Shown one piece after another: positions 1 to 10,743 of a stretch of DNA of 64,000 bases; the stretch's first letter is position 1, and each line of letters begins with the position of its first letter. The notes under the pieces are model-generated. The model saw nothing but the letters and a program-made list of their open reading frames with translations, did no database searches and was not told the DNA's origin. The translations under genes and the position numbers were made by a program. The stretch comes from an uncultured bacterium (GTDB taxonomy: Bacteria > Chloroflexota > UBA5177 > JANWHV01): assembly GCA_963729625.1 (NCBI GenBank), contig CAVSOU010000010.1, forward strand, positions 128,001-192,000, written 5' to 3'.

Positions 1-185
1 ACTTTGACAAGCTCCCACGCTCCGTCTGCCGATTGCTCGAGGCGATCAAGTGTGGGAGATAGGATGCGACACGGCTGGCACCAGGCTGCCCAGAAGTCCA
101 CGACAATCGGCACGACCGACGATCGGGCTATCACGCGATCTTCGAACTCTGCCTGAGAAACATCCCGTTCGGCGACCGGTCCCAT
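1..185 (-). CDS. Thioredoxin-domain protein, 5' part only (runs off the window edge); possibly CnoX/YbbN-like
   Basis: Manual translation MGPVAERDVSQAEFEDRVIARSSVVPIVVDFWAAWCQPCRILSPTLDRLE has the VDFWAxWCxPC motif; GGGGAGAG SD upstream. Not in the ORF track. Confidence 0.85.
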   Translation of the reverse strand, partial: MGPVAERDVSQAEFEDRVIARSSVVPIVVDFWAAWCQPCRILSPTLDRLEQSADGAWELVK

Positions 186-533
186 GGTTCGGCTCTCCCC
201 TATTCTAGTCATACAACGTCGAGACGGGCGCCCGCGCGCGGCGCCCAGGTTATCTGCTGATTACAGGGTACAGGGTGTTCAAAATGCGGATGCGCGCCGG
301 CCACGAATGGAAGCGCGTACCGGTTGCAGGCTGCCCGACACTCATCGGCCTATGCGCCGCGATCCGCAGGGCGTAGACGCGCGATTTGCTACGATTATGA
401 GTGTGACAGACTGCTGTGTTGGATGGTAGATTCCAGGGACGCCACCGCCTGGCGCCGGCGGATTCGGCGGCGGCTTCGGAACTGCTGGTGGTTCTCCGCC
501 GGCGGAAGACCGCCCCATAAGGGAGACAGTGTC

Positions 534-776
534 ATGGCCATGTCGGGGCACGCGCGCCGAAGGCGCGGTGAGCGACCTCGGAAACCCTTGAGTGTCCCGC
601 TGGTGATCGCTCTTCTTGGAGTGGCACTATTCTTCCTGGGCATCGCGGTGGCCAGCGTCGACGTCTCCGCCCTTGGCGCGTTGCTCGCACTATGGGGCCT
701 CGCATCGTCCAGCATTCTGCTGCTCACTCGGTGGCGGCAGGCCCGCAAACGGGCGGCGCGCGCGTCGAGGCGCTAG
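534..776 (+). CDS. Small membrane protein (80 aa, two TM helices, basic ends)
   Basis: AAGGGAG SD before ATG 534; two hydrophobic segments flanked by Arg-rich tails. Confidence 0.6.
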   Translation: MAMSGHARRRRGERPRKPLSVPLVIALLGVALFFLGIAVASVDVSALGALLALWGLASSSILLLTRWRQARKRAARASRR

Positions 777-1071
777 GTCGCTCGCCTATCCGATGCGCTG
801 ACATGTCTGTCGGCGCCTGCACTGCGAGCGCGTTGCGTCCGTGAAGCCAAGCTGGTGGCGCCTGCAACTGCGGTCCCGCGCGGGCGATCCGCTGTCATGC
901 CGCTCCTGCCAACGCACCCGCGTTGCGTCGGGTGTGAACGTGCATAACTGCAGGTTACGCGGTAGCTCGTCGCCTATACTGGATGGGATCTCGCTTGGGA
1001 GCCGGCGGGGGGGAGTTCGGCGGTCACGTCGCGAAGATGGCTGGGCCGTGGCTTGGCATGAGAGAGTGTAG

Positions 1072-1977
1072 GTGCTGAGAATGATTGAACGACGGATCGT
1101 CATTCCATGGAGTGGTCGGTCGCTCGGTGAGCATTTGGACCTGGCGCGCACGTCGCTTCCAGTTCGGCAATCCCTGCTGTGCGATGCCAGCGAGGCAGAC
1201 TCCGCCGAGCCAGCGCCGTGGGGCTACCGGGACCTCGGGATGGTAGCTCTCTGGACGGCCAGCATAGCCACAGCCACGATTCTCGGTATGATCGTAGTCC
1301 GTTTGCTTGTGTCACTGGTGTTTCTCGTCGGGGAAATGGTCTGGCTGGTTCCGGACGGGGCCTATAACCAGCTCACGGCCGCGGCCGGGCCGTACAGCAA
1401 TGTGCTGACAGACCTCATTGTGGGTGCGGGCCTCTATGGAGGCCTTGTCTTCGGTGTCTACCGGCAGACAGTCGTTAAGTACGGCCTGTCGCTGAGGGCG
1501 TTGGGATTCGAACGTGTCTCTCGGCGAACCATCGGCCGTGTGGCGGTCGTGTTCGTGCCTGTTACGCTTGCGGGGGTCGCGATTAACCTGGCGTCACAAC
1601 GAGTTCTGGGCTCGGACACGCACGTGTCGCAGATATCCGTTCTCACGCGGGACATGAGCGCTTCGGCTGGCAATTTTGCCATCCTGTCACTTCTGCTTGT
1701 CGTACTTGCTCCGGTGGCAGAGGAAGTGTTCTTTCGGGGCTTCTTGTTCAGGATGCTTCGTTCGCGATATTCATCCTGGGTCACGATCGGCGCTACGTCA
1801 GTTGCCTTCGCGGCCCTGCACGGTTCGCCCACCGTACTACCGTGGCTTGTGTTCATGGGAGCTGTGTTCGGGACGCTTGTGGAAAAGACCCATTCGCTGT
1901 ATTCGAGCATCATCCTTCACGCCATGGTGAACGGATTGACGTTGCTGGGCGTCGTACTTGCCATGTCGTGGTCATAG
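1072..1977 (+). CDS. CPBP (CAAX/Abi) family intramembrane glutamic endopeptidase
   Basis: Motifs EEVFFRG, FAALH and ILHAMVN; multiple TM helices. Start uncertain. Confidence 0.9.
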   Translation: MLRMIERRIVIPWSGRSLGEHLDLARTSLPVRQSLLCDASEADSAEPAPWGYRDLGMVALWTASIATATILGMIVVRLLVSLVFLVGEMVWLVPDGAYNQLTAAAGPYSNVLTDLIVGAGLYGGLVFGVYRQTVVKYGLSLRALGFERVSRRTIGRVAVVFVPVTLAGVAINLASQRVLGSDTHVSQISVLTRDMSASAGNFAILSLLLVVLAPVAEEVFFRGFLFRMLRSRYSSWVTIGATSVAFAALHGSPTVLPWLVFMGAVFGTLVEKTHSLYSSIILHAMVNGLTLLGVVLAMSWS

Positions 1978-1981
1978 GGAA

Positions 1982-4885
1982 TTACCGCCGTTGCTTCTGG
2001 GTTCGTCGCTTCGCACTCAGCAGTCTGCTGGCGGAGGAGGCTGGCGATCGTTCCGCGGATTCCACGGCAGCATCCGTTGCCGGGCCCTCATGTCGCCCCT
2101 GCGACGAGGCCACGCTGTCGGCGGCAGGAGTACTCCCCTGCCCGGGGTTGAGCGCGCCTGATGCCGTAGTGCGCATCGCCGCACGCGTCGCAGCAATCTG
2201 GCTCAAGTGCGACTGCGTGGCCGGAGATGCGGCCGCGGCCGGCTTATTGCGCACGCGGCTCGACCACGCTAGTCGCCGTTCGCGGACCGCGGCAAGCGGA
2301 GGCAGAATGTCTTGTGCGACGGAGGCCCTCCGGCGTAATGTCGCAGCCTGAAGGAGCACTATCCAATCCTTGCGCTCGAGCACGAGCCGGCGCGTGGCTA
2401 CGTCCACCGGGAGGAGCAGGAGTGCGAGCACGAGCAACAGGTCCTGCAAGTGCGTGGCAACAGTCACGACAGGCAGATTTGGCGCGAACGCGTCCTGCGG
2501 CTGGCTGAGAACTGATCCTCCACCCGCACTGGCGATAGCGCGCAGAGCGGTCTCATCGACACCGACGTCGCGGTAGTCCGGGGCGTACGGTACCGCAAGT
2601 CCGCCGCTGACGGTTTGAATCAGGTCGCCATTGCCCGCTGCTGCCGGCTGCGCTCGCACATTCGCGAAGTAAACTCCTGCCGTAGTGGCCGTCCCCTGAC
2701 CCTGGAAATGGTCAGGCGCCGACGGCTCCAGGGCAATCGATTGTGTTCCGTGCGGCCCGACAATATGCGCGGTGAGGGAGCGATAAGGCTGGCCGGTGCT
2801 ACTTTCCACGTCGACAGACAGCGTGCCTCCCGACACTGAAAGCGAGAGGGCCAAACTGGAGCTCTGCGGCGGAGGCAAGGTCCAATTCACCATCGACGCC
2901 CAAAGGGCTCTGGTCCGCGAGCTGGCGAGCCACGATGACGTCCACATGCCAGTCGCGTCGCTGGTCCACGCCACCGATCTCCCCAGTCCATACTGCCATT
3001 GAGCCAACACGGGGTCACTCTTGGCACTCGCGAGCACGATTGTTGCGAGAGGCTTCGGCGTAGTAATGACGTATCCGCTTAGCTGCGGTACACTGGCCAG
3101 CCCATCGATGATAGGGCTCGGCGCAACCGCTTGAGGAAAGAACCGCCCTTCCATGATTCCGCTGTGGGCGACCGTTCTCGCTACCTTGAGAAAGACCTGG
3201 GGTATAGTGCTCACGTTATCAGCCGGGTAGTATTTGCCGCCGCCGTATCGGGCGATGTCTTGCATGTTCTGGAAGTCCGACGCAGCCGCGGCATTTGTCT
3301 CGATTGTAGAGACCCGGATTCCAGCCTTGTATATCTTCTGGAGCACCCCGGCGGTGTCACTGGCGGCATCTCCATCGCCGAGAAGAATGATGTGTTTCGT
3401 CTGAGCCTGAGCGTCCTTCAGGATGTCAAAGGCCTGAGCCAAAAACGGCGCGTAACTCGGCGGGTCGCCGGGCTGCATCTGTTCGATTGCCCGCACTATG
3501 GCCGCCTTGTCGCTGACGTGGCTCAGTGGCCAGACCAGCCCAGGTTGCGCGTCGCTCACCGCAACCTGATCCTGAGGGTTGAGCAGCCCAACCACGCCTT
3601 CACCGGCGCTCTTCGATATGTTGACCTCCGACTGCGACTCCAAATCCTCGATGATCAACACTACTGCGGCAGTAGGAAGATCCTTGCGTTTCGGCAGGTC
3701 CATGCTTACGGGCATCGCTTCTTCCAGCGGCGTCGAACCGTAGTTGCCTAGGGCGTAGCTGTTCGTTCCTCCTATGACTACCAGCCCATGGCCCAAGTCG
3801 CCCACAAACGAGCGAAGGGCCTCTAGTGTGTCAGCGCCAAGACTATCTGAAGACACATCCACGAGGACGATGGACGCGTAAAGTTGCAAGACGGACAGGT
3901 CCGGCGTGAGCGCGTCGGCGCCAGTGACCTCTACTGCGAGGTGTGCCGCGCGAAGCGACGCCACGACGTTCGTACCGTTGCCGCTCGCGCCCTCGACTAC
4001 CAGGACTCGTGCCGGGCCGGAGACAGTTGTGAACGCGCTTGCCTGATTGTTCTGAGTGAGCGTGTCCTGCTGCGGTTGCACCACGATCGAGTACGTGTGA
4101 ACCCCCGCGGACCCGGCGCGAAACGAGCTGCTGATCGTCGTTTCACCCACCTGCAGCCGCGCTGTGCCGGAGCCGGCAAGCTGCCCATCCTGAAATACCT
4201 GGTAGCTTGTCGTGGTCCGCACCGAGCTGTGGATATCGGCATCCGCCGTGAAGCGCTCTGCCTCGTGCACGATGGCGGGAATCGAGAGTGAATCGACGCG
4301 AACTTCCGGCCCCGACTGAGCCGCTACCGGCGCCGCGTCGACCCGGATGCCTTCGCTGCGCAGCAGCTGAGCCTCGCCAACTGCGTCTCCCAGGTTCTCC
4401 CGTCCGTCGCTCAGTAGCACCACTCTCCGCCTGTAGCTCGACGGAAGCAGCGCGCCGCCTAGCGCGAGGCCGGACTCGATGTTGGTGAAGTCCGGGTCGA
4501 CGACGGACTCAAATCGCCGGAACCCAGTAAGCGCAGCTGGCGGCTGCTCGACCAGGGAAGATTGGCCTGTCGCGACGATAGACGTTACGTCATTTGAGCC
4601 GCGCGACTGCAATGCAGTGTCGATATAATGCACTTCGCCAGGCTGACCGCCGATCGTGCTTGCAGACAAATCGCCGACGAAAGCGACGGCCTGCGCGCCG
4701 GTAGGCCGCTCCACCGTCATTCCGGCCGCGGCCAGGACGAGCGCGGTAAAGATAATGAGTCGCAGGACGAGAGCAGTTATCCACCGTGGGGTAGCCCGCC
4801 GGTGGACGCGTCGCAGCCGCGCCCAGCACGCGCCTCCAAGCACGACTGGCAATAGCAGAAGCATGCCGGGTGTATCAAAGCTCAT
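1982..4885 (-). CDS. Membrane-anchored VWA-domain protein with Ig-like and GATase-like domains
   Basis: N-terminal TM pair, MIDAS DLSAS, LLSDGREN, second VWA (ILLGDGD), WQYGLGRSVAWTSD. ATG 4885 overlaps the upstream stop (ATGA). Confidence 0.85.
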   Translation of the reverse strand: MSFDTPGMLLLLPVVLGGACWARLRRVHRRATPRWITALVLRLIIFTALVLAAAGMTVERPTGAQAVAFVGDLSASTIGGQPGEVHYIDTALQSRGSNDVTSIVATGQSSLVEQPPAALTGFRRFESVVDPDFTNIESGLALGGALLPSSYRRRVVLLSDGRENLGDAVGEAQLLRSEGIRVDAAPVAAQSGPEVRVDSLSIPAIVHEAERFTADADIHSSVRTTTSYQVFQDGQLAGSGTARLQVGETTISSSFRAGSAGVHTYSIVVQPQQDTLTQNNQASAFTTVSGPARVLVVEGASGNGTNVVASLRAAHLAVEVTGADALTPDLSVLQLYASIVLVDVSSDSLGADTLEALRSFVGDLGHGLVVIGGTNSYALGNYGSTPLEEAMPVSMDLPKRKDLPTAAVVLIIEDLESQSEVNISKSAGEGVVGLLNPQDQVAVSDAQPGLVWPLSHVSDKAAIVRAIEQMQPGDPPSYAPFLAQAFDILKDAQAQTKHIILLGDGDAASDTAGVLQKIYKAGIRVSTIETNAAAASDFQNMQDIARYGGGKYYPADNVSTIPQVFLKVARTVAHSGIMEGRFFPQAVAPSPIIDGLASVPQLSGYVITTPKPLATIVLASAKSDPVLAQWQYGLGRSVAWTSDATGMWTSSWLASSRTRALWASMVNWTLPPPQSSSLALSLSVSGGTLSVDVESSTGQPYRSLTAHIVGPHGTQSIALEPSAPDHFQGQGTATTAGVYFANVRAQPAAAGNGDLIQTVSGGLAVPYAPDYRDVGVDETALRAIASAGGGSVLSQPQDAFAPNLPVVTVATHLQDLLLVLALLLLPVDVATRRLVLERKDWIVLLQAATLRRRASVAQDILPPLAAVRERRLAWSSRVRNKPAAAASPATQSHLSQIAATRAAMRTTASGALNPGQGSTPAADSVASSQGRHEGPATDAAVESAERSPASSASRLLSAKRRTQKQRR

Positions 4886-6750
4886 TGCAGACGCATGGCC
4901 ACGAGCCACTCAGCCGCGAGGGCACCAACCGCCAGAAGGGCGACAACGCGCGTCAACTCCACCGGAATTTTCGCGTTGCCCGAGCTGCCGGGCGCGGCGC
5001 GCGGCGGAACGCCAACCGCAGCCACGCTGACCCCGCCGATCGGTTCGAGCACTGGATCGACGACGAAATGGGCGACATGTGCAACCGGGCCGCTTGAGAC
5101 CCTCATCTTGTATGGGCCGGGAAGGTCGGTGGCGCTGAACACGGCCTGCTCGCCGCCCTGGTCGGTCGTGATGGGCAGCAAGTCGTGCTCGGAGCCATCG
5201 GGACCGGTCACTGTCACGCGCGCCTGATCTGAAGGCAGAGTCACAGTCAGCAAAGCACCCGGGTGGATGACCGACATGTCGGCGGAGCGTATCGGAGCGA
5301 GCCAATTGATGAGGTTACTGATGAGCACGGGGAAGTCGAAACTTAACGGCAAGTCCGACTGCCCCAGATCGAACAGGGTTACAACCGCACGCCGACCGTT
5401 CGCGCCACCAACCGAGCCTTCAAGTAGAAGCGCCCCTCGCCCATCGCGCAACGCGGCATGCGCCCACGCCGGCATCGACGTGGATCGGGCCTTGAATACG
5501 TGCACGTCGGACGTCGAGAAATACGTTAGAAGCCCGTTCGGATCATCGTCGACGTGCATCGGTCCGGCGGTCCGGATGCTGCCGACGTGCAGCCCTAACG
5601 TGTCGTGCGGCGGACCAATGAACATAAGGTTTGTCGCCGGGAGCGATGGAGGAACATATCCATCAAACACAACGAGATCCTGGTCCCGAACGAGAGCGGA
5701 GTCGTATGCCTTCGGGGTCGTCGTGGCGACGACTGTGTCAGTGGCTGTGCCAAGGGCGGCCACCAAGAACATGTCACCTGACGTCACGAGGAGCACATGG
5801 CGAGCGCTCTGCGCCTGAAGCAGCGTCCACGTGGCATTATCGGCAGGCAGCGCGTCCTTCAACGTGAGGCGCGCCTCAAGGACGGAGACCGGTTTCGACA
5901 AGAACATCGTCGACATGACGGTCGACTTCTGTGCAGGAACGGCAACGGGCTCGACGGCTTCGACTCGGCCGTCTGCGACGAGCTCTACGTCGCTTTCGAG
6001 TGCAGTGCGGCCCGTGTTCGCCACGCGAAAGCTCGCCGCAACCTTGCCGCTCGCCGTCTGCGAGGCGACGAGGGAGTCGACTCCCAGGTTCGGCGAATCC
6101 TGGCTGCCGAAACGTAAGTCACGAAATGCGATCGACTGTGGTAGCGCCGGAACGGACGTAGCGGAGGAGCGCAACAAGTCTACGGCCACCTGACCGGTGC
6201 CTGCCCGCATAGCAAGTGCGAAGGCGAGATCCATGGCCGACGCTACGTCCGGCTGCTCAAATCCGGGTCGCTCGCCGGACAAAACGGCCTGTACCGCTCC
6301 CCGGTCGGTGCTGGACGCGACCAGCACTCGAGGCCGTCCGTCCAGGCGTACGAGGCTGACTGATTTGTCCTGTGGCAGGTTGTTGACCAGCGCACGAGCT
6401 GCGCTGACCTCTCTTGCAAAACGGGTCTGACCTCCATCGACAGTCTGAGTGCTCAGGGAGGCATCGAGCACAATGACCACGTCGGAGCCGAGCGCGCCTG
6501 CGCGCAATACGTACGGCTTCATCAGGGCAAGCGTGATCGCAAGCAACACCACAAGTTGCAGGATCAGCAGCGGCTCGGCACGAAGTCGCTGCCAGGGTGC
6601 GTTGGCGCGTGTATCGATCGCCGCCCGGTTCCACAGCAGCGTGCTCGGTACGGTCTTGCGGGCCCGCCGGAGCTTGAGGAAGTACTGCGCAACGATCAGG
6701 AGTGCCACTGCAGCGAACGCGGCTGCGACCGGAGCCGCGAAGCCAATCAC
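4882..6750 (-). CDS. BatA-like N-terminal domain plus VWA membrane protein
   Basis: YFLKLRR..VPSTLLW BatA-type N-terminus, VLDASLST MIDAS, C-terminal TM ending AAEW. Confidence 0.85.
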   Translation of the reverse strand: MIGFAAPVAAAFAAVALLIVAQYFLKLRRARKTVPSTLLWNRAAIDTRANAPWQRLRAEPLLILQLVVLLAITLALMKPYVLRAGALGSDVVIVLDASLSTQTVDGGQTRFAREVSAARALVNNLPQDKSVSLVRLDGRPRVLVASSTDRGAVQAVLSGERPGFEQPDVASAMDLAFALAMRAGTGQVAVDLLRSSATSVPALPQSIAFRDLRFGSQDSPNLGVDSLVASQTASGKVAASFRVANTGRTALESDVELVADGRVEAVEPVAVPAQKSTVMSTMFLSKPVSVLEARLTLKDALPADNATWTLLQAQSARHVLLVTSGDMFLVAALGTATDTVVATTTPKAYDSALVRDQDLVVFDGYVPPSLPATNLMFIGPPHDTLGLHVGSIRTAGPMHVDDDPNGLLTYFSTSDVHVFKARSTSMPAWAHAALRDGRGALLLEGSVGGANGRRAVVTLFDLGQSDLPLSFDFPVLISNLINWLAPIRSADMSVIHPGALLTVTLPSDQARVTVTGPDGSEHDLLPITTDQGGEQAVFSATDLPGPYKMRVSSGPVAHVAHFVVDPVLEPIGGVSVAAVGVPPRAAPGSSGNAKIPVELTRVVALLAVGALAAEWLVAMRLQ

Positions 6751-7644
6751 GCTCTGCCTCCCACGGCTCCGAGCTTGACCAGGTCCCTCAGCACCACATG
6801 TTCGAGGCTTGCATCACTCGCGACCTGTCCGAACGGTATTCGGTGCTGGGCGCACCAACTGCTGAGGTCGGCTGTGTGCGCGGCGAGCGCTTGGTGGTAG
6901 CGGGCAAGCATTGCAGGATTGGCACTCACCTCGGTTTCGACGCCTGACTCGCAGTCCACTAGCGTCCATTCGCCGTCCAGGACGGGCCGCAACTCGTCCG
7001 GAGCCAGCACTTGAATGACGGTCACATCGTGTTTGCATGCGCCCTGCAACGCACGAAGCCCTCCCCGCCAATCACTGTCGGTAAGCATGTCACTGAGCAC
7101 GACGGCGATGCCCGGTGCGGGGTGATAGCCTCGAAACCCATGCAGCCGGCCCAGATTGGTTGTGCCCGACGCCGGGAGGTCGGCGATGAACTTCCAGATC
7201 TCTGGTGCGCGATCGCTTCCGGATCGAGCCGGCAGGTAGGGTCCCAAGCGTTCCCCAATGCCGGCCACGGCAACCCTGTCATAATTCACCAGAGCGACAT
7301 AAGCAAGCGCCGCGGCGATCTGTCGCGTCAGTGTGTTCTTGGGCGGAGTGCCTCCGGCCATAGATGCGGAGCAGTCGAGGAATAAGGTCAGCGTGGTGTT
7401 CTCCTCGGCCTCGAATATGCGGAGAAAGAGTCGGTTGACCCGCGCAAAGACATTCCAGTCGATGCGCCGGAAGTCGTCTCCGCGCGCGTATGTGCGATAG
7501 TCGGCGAATTCGACTGAGCTGCCTGCCGCGGGCGACCTTCTCGGACCGGCGCCCGAGCCAAGGCGGCGTTGTCGCGCCAGAATAGCCATCCTGTTCAGAC
7601 GCTCAACGAGGCTTGGATCTAGGCCGCAGATGCAGCGACGACAT
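6747..7644 (-). CDS. DUF58 domain protein; the 5' end appears frameshifted (intact ORF from ATG 7589)
   Basis: GSSVEFADYRTY..GDDFRRIDWN and LDCSASM motifs. The family-like N-terminus LDPSLVERLNR lies upstream of ATG 7589; see findings. Confidence 0.85.
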
Positions 7645-7645
7645 G

Positions 7646-8644
7646 CTACTCCTTCAGATCGTTCAGCAACTCCGCAATCACGGCGTCAGTCGTCACTCCC
7701 TCCGCGACAGCTTCGAAGTTCAGCAGAATACGGTGCCGGAGCACTGGCAGCGCCAGCTCACGGATGTCGTCGATCGCAGCGTTGAACCGGCCATCCAGCA
7801 ACGCGAGAACTTGAGCGCCGGTGACCAGCGCCTGTAATCCCCGGGGGCTCGCTCCGGCGCGAACGTAGCGCCCGACATTTGCGCTTCCCGCTGCTTTGCC
7901 TGGATGGGTGGCCAGCACGAGCGCTATTGCATAGTCCGCCACGATCGTAGCTACGGGCACCGCCCGCGCGATCGTACGCAGCGCAAGCAGACGCGGCCCA
8001 TCGACCACCACCGGCAACGAATCGGGAGGCTGGATAGTGCGAAGGACAATCCCCCGCAATACATCCGCATTTGGAAATGGCACCAAGATCTTGAAGAAGA
8101 AGCGGTCGAGCTGCGCTTCCGGCAGCGGGTAGGTCCCTTCCATCTCCAGAGGGTTCTGCGTCGCAAGTACGAAGAACGGTTCAGGCAGCTTGTGCGTGGA
8201 GTCTCCCACGGTAATCGTGTGCTCCTGCATGGCTTCCAGCAATGCGGACTGGGTCTTTGGCGTGGCGCGGTTGATTTCATCGGCAAGGACGAGGTTGGCG
8301 AAGAGCGGGCCGGGCTGGAAGCGAAACGCCCTCCGCCCGCTTTCGTCCTCGCCGATAATATTCGTCCCGGTGCAGTCAGCGGGCATCAGGTCCGGAGTGA
8401 ACTGAATTCGGCTGAAGTGCATTCGAAGCGTCTGCGCCAGCGAGCGAACCAAGAGTGTCTTTCCCAGGCCGGGCACTCCTTCGAGCAGGACATGGCCCCC
8501 TGCGAAGAGAGCAACCAAGGTCTGTCGCACGACGGCTTGCTGACCGACGACGGCCCGAGCAATGCCAGCTTCCAGTTCACGCCCGATCCGCCGGATCTCT
8601 TCGGGTTGGATTTCAGTGGTAGGTGCCCCGACTTCGACGCTCAT
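7646..8644 (-). CDS. moxR: MoxR family AAA+ ATPase
   Basis: LLEGVPGLGKT, RIQFTPDLMPAD, LADEINRATPKTQSALLEAMQE, ATQNPLEMEGTYPLPEAQLDRF. Confidence 0.95.
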   Translation of the reverse strand: MSVEVGAPTTEIQPEEIRRIGRELEAGIARAVVGQQAVVRQTLVALFAGGHVLLEGVPGLGKTLLVRSLAQTLRMHFSRIQFTPDLMPADCTGTNIIGEDESGRRAFRFQPGPLFANLVLADEINRATPKTQSALLEAMQEHTITVGDSTHKLPEPFFVLATQNPLEMEGTYPLPEAQLDRFFFKILVPFPNADVLRGIVLRTIQPPDSLPVVVDGPRLLALRTIARAVPVATIVADYAIALVLATHPGKAAGSANVGRYVRAGASPRGLQALVTGAQVLALLDGRFNAAIDDIRELALPVLRHRILLNFEAVAEGVTTDAVIAELLNDLKE

Positions 8645-8738
8645 CACTTCGAACCTCACACTTGCGCAGGCGCGATGCTCCGAAAGGTCGGCCGCATCGG
8701 CTGCAGATGGGAGCTCGCCTCAGCCTCACTCAACTACC

Positions 8739-10673
8739 CTACCTGGCGCCCTGCAGGGTGCTGAAGTACCGCTTAATTGCGTCCTGGATTCCCGGTGGCA
8801 CGGCCTCTCGACCAAGCGCCGCGTTGGCCGATGTTGCGTACTTCTCGACCATTTGCTCGTAGCTAGGCGAGCCTACTTCCACGGTCGAGCCCAGCGGGCC
8901 TGCTTCCGTGACACCCGGACCCTTCAGCTGCGCGCCTGGCACATAGACCGTCGTGGCACGGCCCGGAGAACCGCTGCCGGCAGTTCCTTTCGAGCCCGAG
9001 CCGCTTCCCGATCCGCTTTGCCCGGATGTACTTGCCGAAGTCGACGCGCTTCCGACCGTGCTGGGCGATTGCAAGTTCACAGTCGCGCCTGCAGCCTGGC
9101 CGGCGCGCGACGCGGTACCTGCGAGGGCCGATTGGCCTGAATGAGTAGTGGCGGATCCGGACGATGCGGACGCGGCACCCGTACTTCCGCGCTGGCTCGC
9201 TCCCGATCCTGGCGATGAACTCTTTCTGCTGCGTCGGCCTGTGCCTGCGCCGGTAGCCGTCTTCGACACGGGGCTACCACTGCTAGCTGGAGGCGATGAG
9301 GCCGATTGACCGGAGCCCCGCGCTTGAGGCGATGCTGCAGCGCCCACGACGGGCGTTTCCTCACAGGCTGCCGCGATACTACCGGAGTTTCCGGCAGATG
9401 CCGTCGGGCAATTGATCGCGGAGTTGTCAGTCGCGCCGTTGGCAGCGTCGCTCTGAATCTTCTGGACTCCCACGGCGGCCTGCTGCGCCGAGCGGTCTGC
9501 GTTTGCCTGCTGCTGAAGTTGGGCAGCCTGGCTTGCAGCGGACTTCAGCGCGACACTGGCGCCGGCAGGATTATTATCAGTAAGGCTAAACGCAGCCTGG
9601 CGCAGGGTCTGCTTGAGTGCCGCTGGCGCTACGTTTGCGGCCCGTTCTAGCGCCCGTGCCGCCGCTAAGCGCTGCGCTGGCGACATGGAGGCAAGCTGCC
9701 GTGAGAGGGACTGCAGGGACTGTTTGACTGCGCCTGGGTCGCCTGCTTGCAAAGCATGAGCGACCTGCTGCGTTGGTCCTTGGCGCAGTGCGCTGGCCAA
9801 CGATTGGGTTGCGCCTCTTGCCTGCGCGGCGCCGGTCGCTATCTTCTGCAAGTTATCCTGAGCAGTCGAGAGTGCCCTGAGCGCCGCGTGTTGCGACTGC
9901 GCCGAAGCAAGCTGCTTTTGCAGGTTTTGCAACACGTTCTTGATCTGCAGGCTCGTCAGTGATTGCGCCGGCGCGGTCGACCGGGTCGAGGCCGCTGAGT
10001 TTCCAAGGTGATCCAGAAGTTTACCGGCGGCCGTTGCCGCGTGGCGCGTTATGGCAAGCACGTCTGAGTTCTGACTGTGGGCTGACCCCCGAGACGATGG
10101 CGAAGCCAGTGCCAGGCCCAGCAGCATCAGGCCCAGCGCAAACAACCCAAGCAGGCGACGCGGCAGACGGATCGTAACAGCCTCGACGAGCCGGGTCGTC
10201 ACGAGCAAACGTTGCAGCTCAGCTCGCTGAAGTGCAGCCATCCTGTCCGCGCGATTACGGTGTTCATACGCCGTCGAGAGGCGGTTCTTGAGACCCAGCT
10301 CGCGATCTACATGCTGAATCGTGGCCGGAATTGTGGGCCAATCCATGGCAATGCGAATGCCTGTGCCAATCAGGATGGCGAGGGCATAGGCCATGGCCGC
10401 AATCGCAATACGCGCCGAGCCTGTGGTTCCAGGCCAGGGCAAAACGCGGTCCAAGAAAAAGATAGTGGCGATGCCGATGAGTATCGCTGCCGCAGCGGCT
10501 ATCACGCGATGAGCCACGAGTGTAGTGGCCATCCTGCGCCGAAGCGGGCGTATCAGGATGCGAACATCCAGCGGTTCACCGTGCGGATGGTCAAGTGCCG
10601 CGATCATTGGCTGCGGTGCTCCGCGATGCTGCTGCCGGGATCCAATCACGTTGCGAACGACCGATAGGGACAA
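8739..10673 (-). CDS. Membrane-anchored coiled-coil protein with a Gly/Ser-rich linker, of the type found in MoxR operons
   Basis: 3 TM helices, LGLKNRLSTAYE motif, Ala/Gln coiled coil, C-terminal VPPGIQDAIKRYF motif. Confidence 0.75.
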   Translation of the reverse strand: MSLSVVRNVIGSRQQHRGAPQPMIAALDHPHGEPLDVRILIRPLRRRMATTLVAHRVIAAAAAILIGIATIFFLDRVLPWPGTTGSARIAIAAMAYALAILIGTGIRIAMDWPTIPATIQHVDRELGLKNRLSTAYEHRNRADRMAALQRAELQRLLVTTRLVEAVTIRLPRRLLGLFALGLMLLGLALASPSSRGSAHSQNSDVLAITRHAATAAGKLLDHLGNSAASTRSTAPAQSLTSLQIKNVLQNLQKQLASAQSQHAALRALSTAQDNLQKIATGAAQARGATQSLASALRQGPTQQVAHALQAGDPGAVKQSLQSLSRQLASMSPAQRLAAARALERAANVAPAALKQTLRQAAFSLTDNNPAGASVALKSAASQAAQLQQQANADRSAQQAAVGVQKIQSDAANGATDNSAINCPTASAGNSGSIAAACEETPVVGAAASPQARGSGQSASSPPASSGSPVSKTATGAGTGRRSRKSSSPGSGASQRGSTGAASASSGSATTHSGQSALAGTASRAGQAAGATVNLQSPSTVGSASTSASTSGQSGSGSGSGSKGTAGSGSPGRATTVYVPGAQLKGPGVTEAGPLGSTVEVGSPSYEQMVEKYATSANAALGREAVPPGIQDAIKRYFSTLQGAR

Positions 10674-10743
10674 TGTACCTGGCTGTGCGTCTACGAGCCT
10701 GACGGCATACGACTCTTCACATCATGCCGAGAACGCGACTTAC

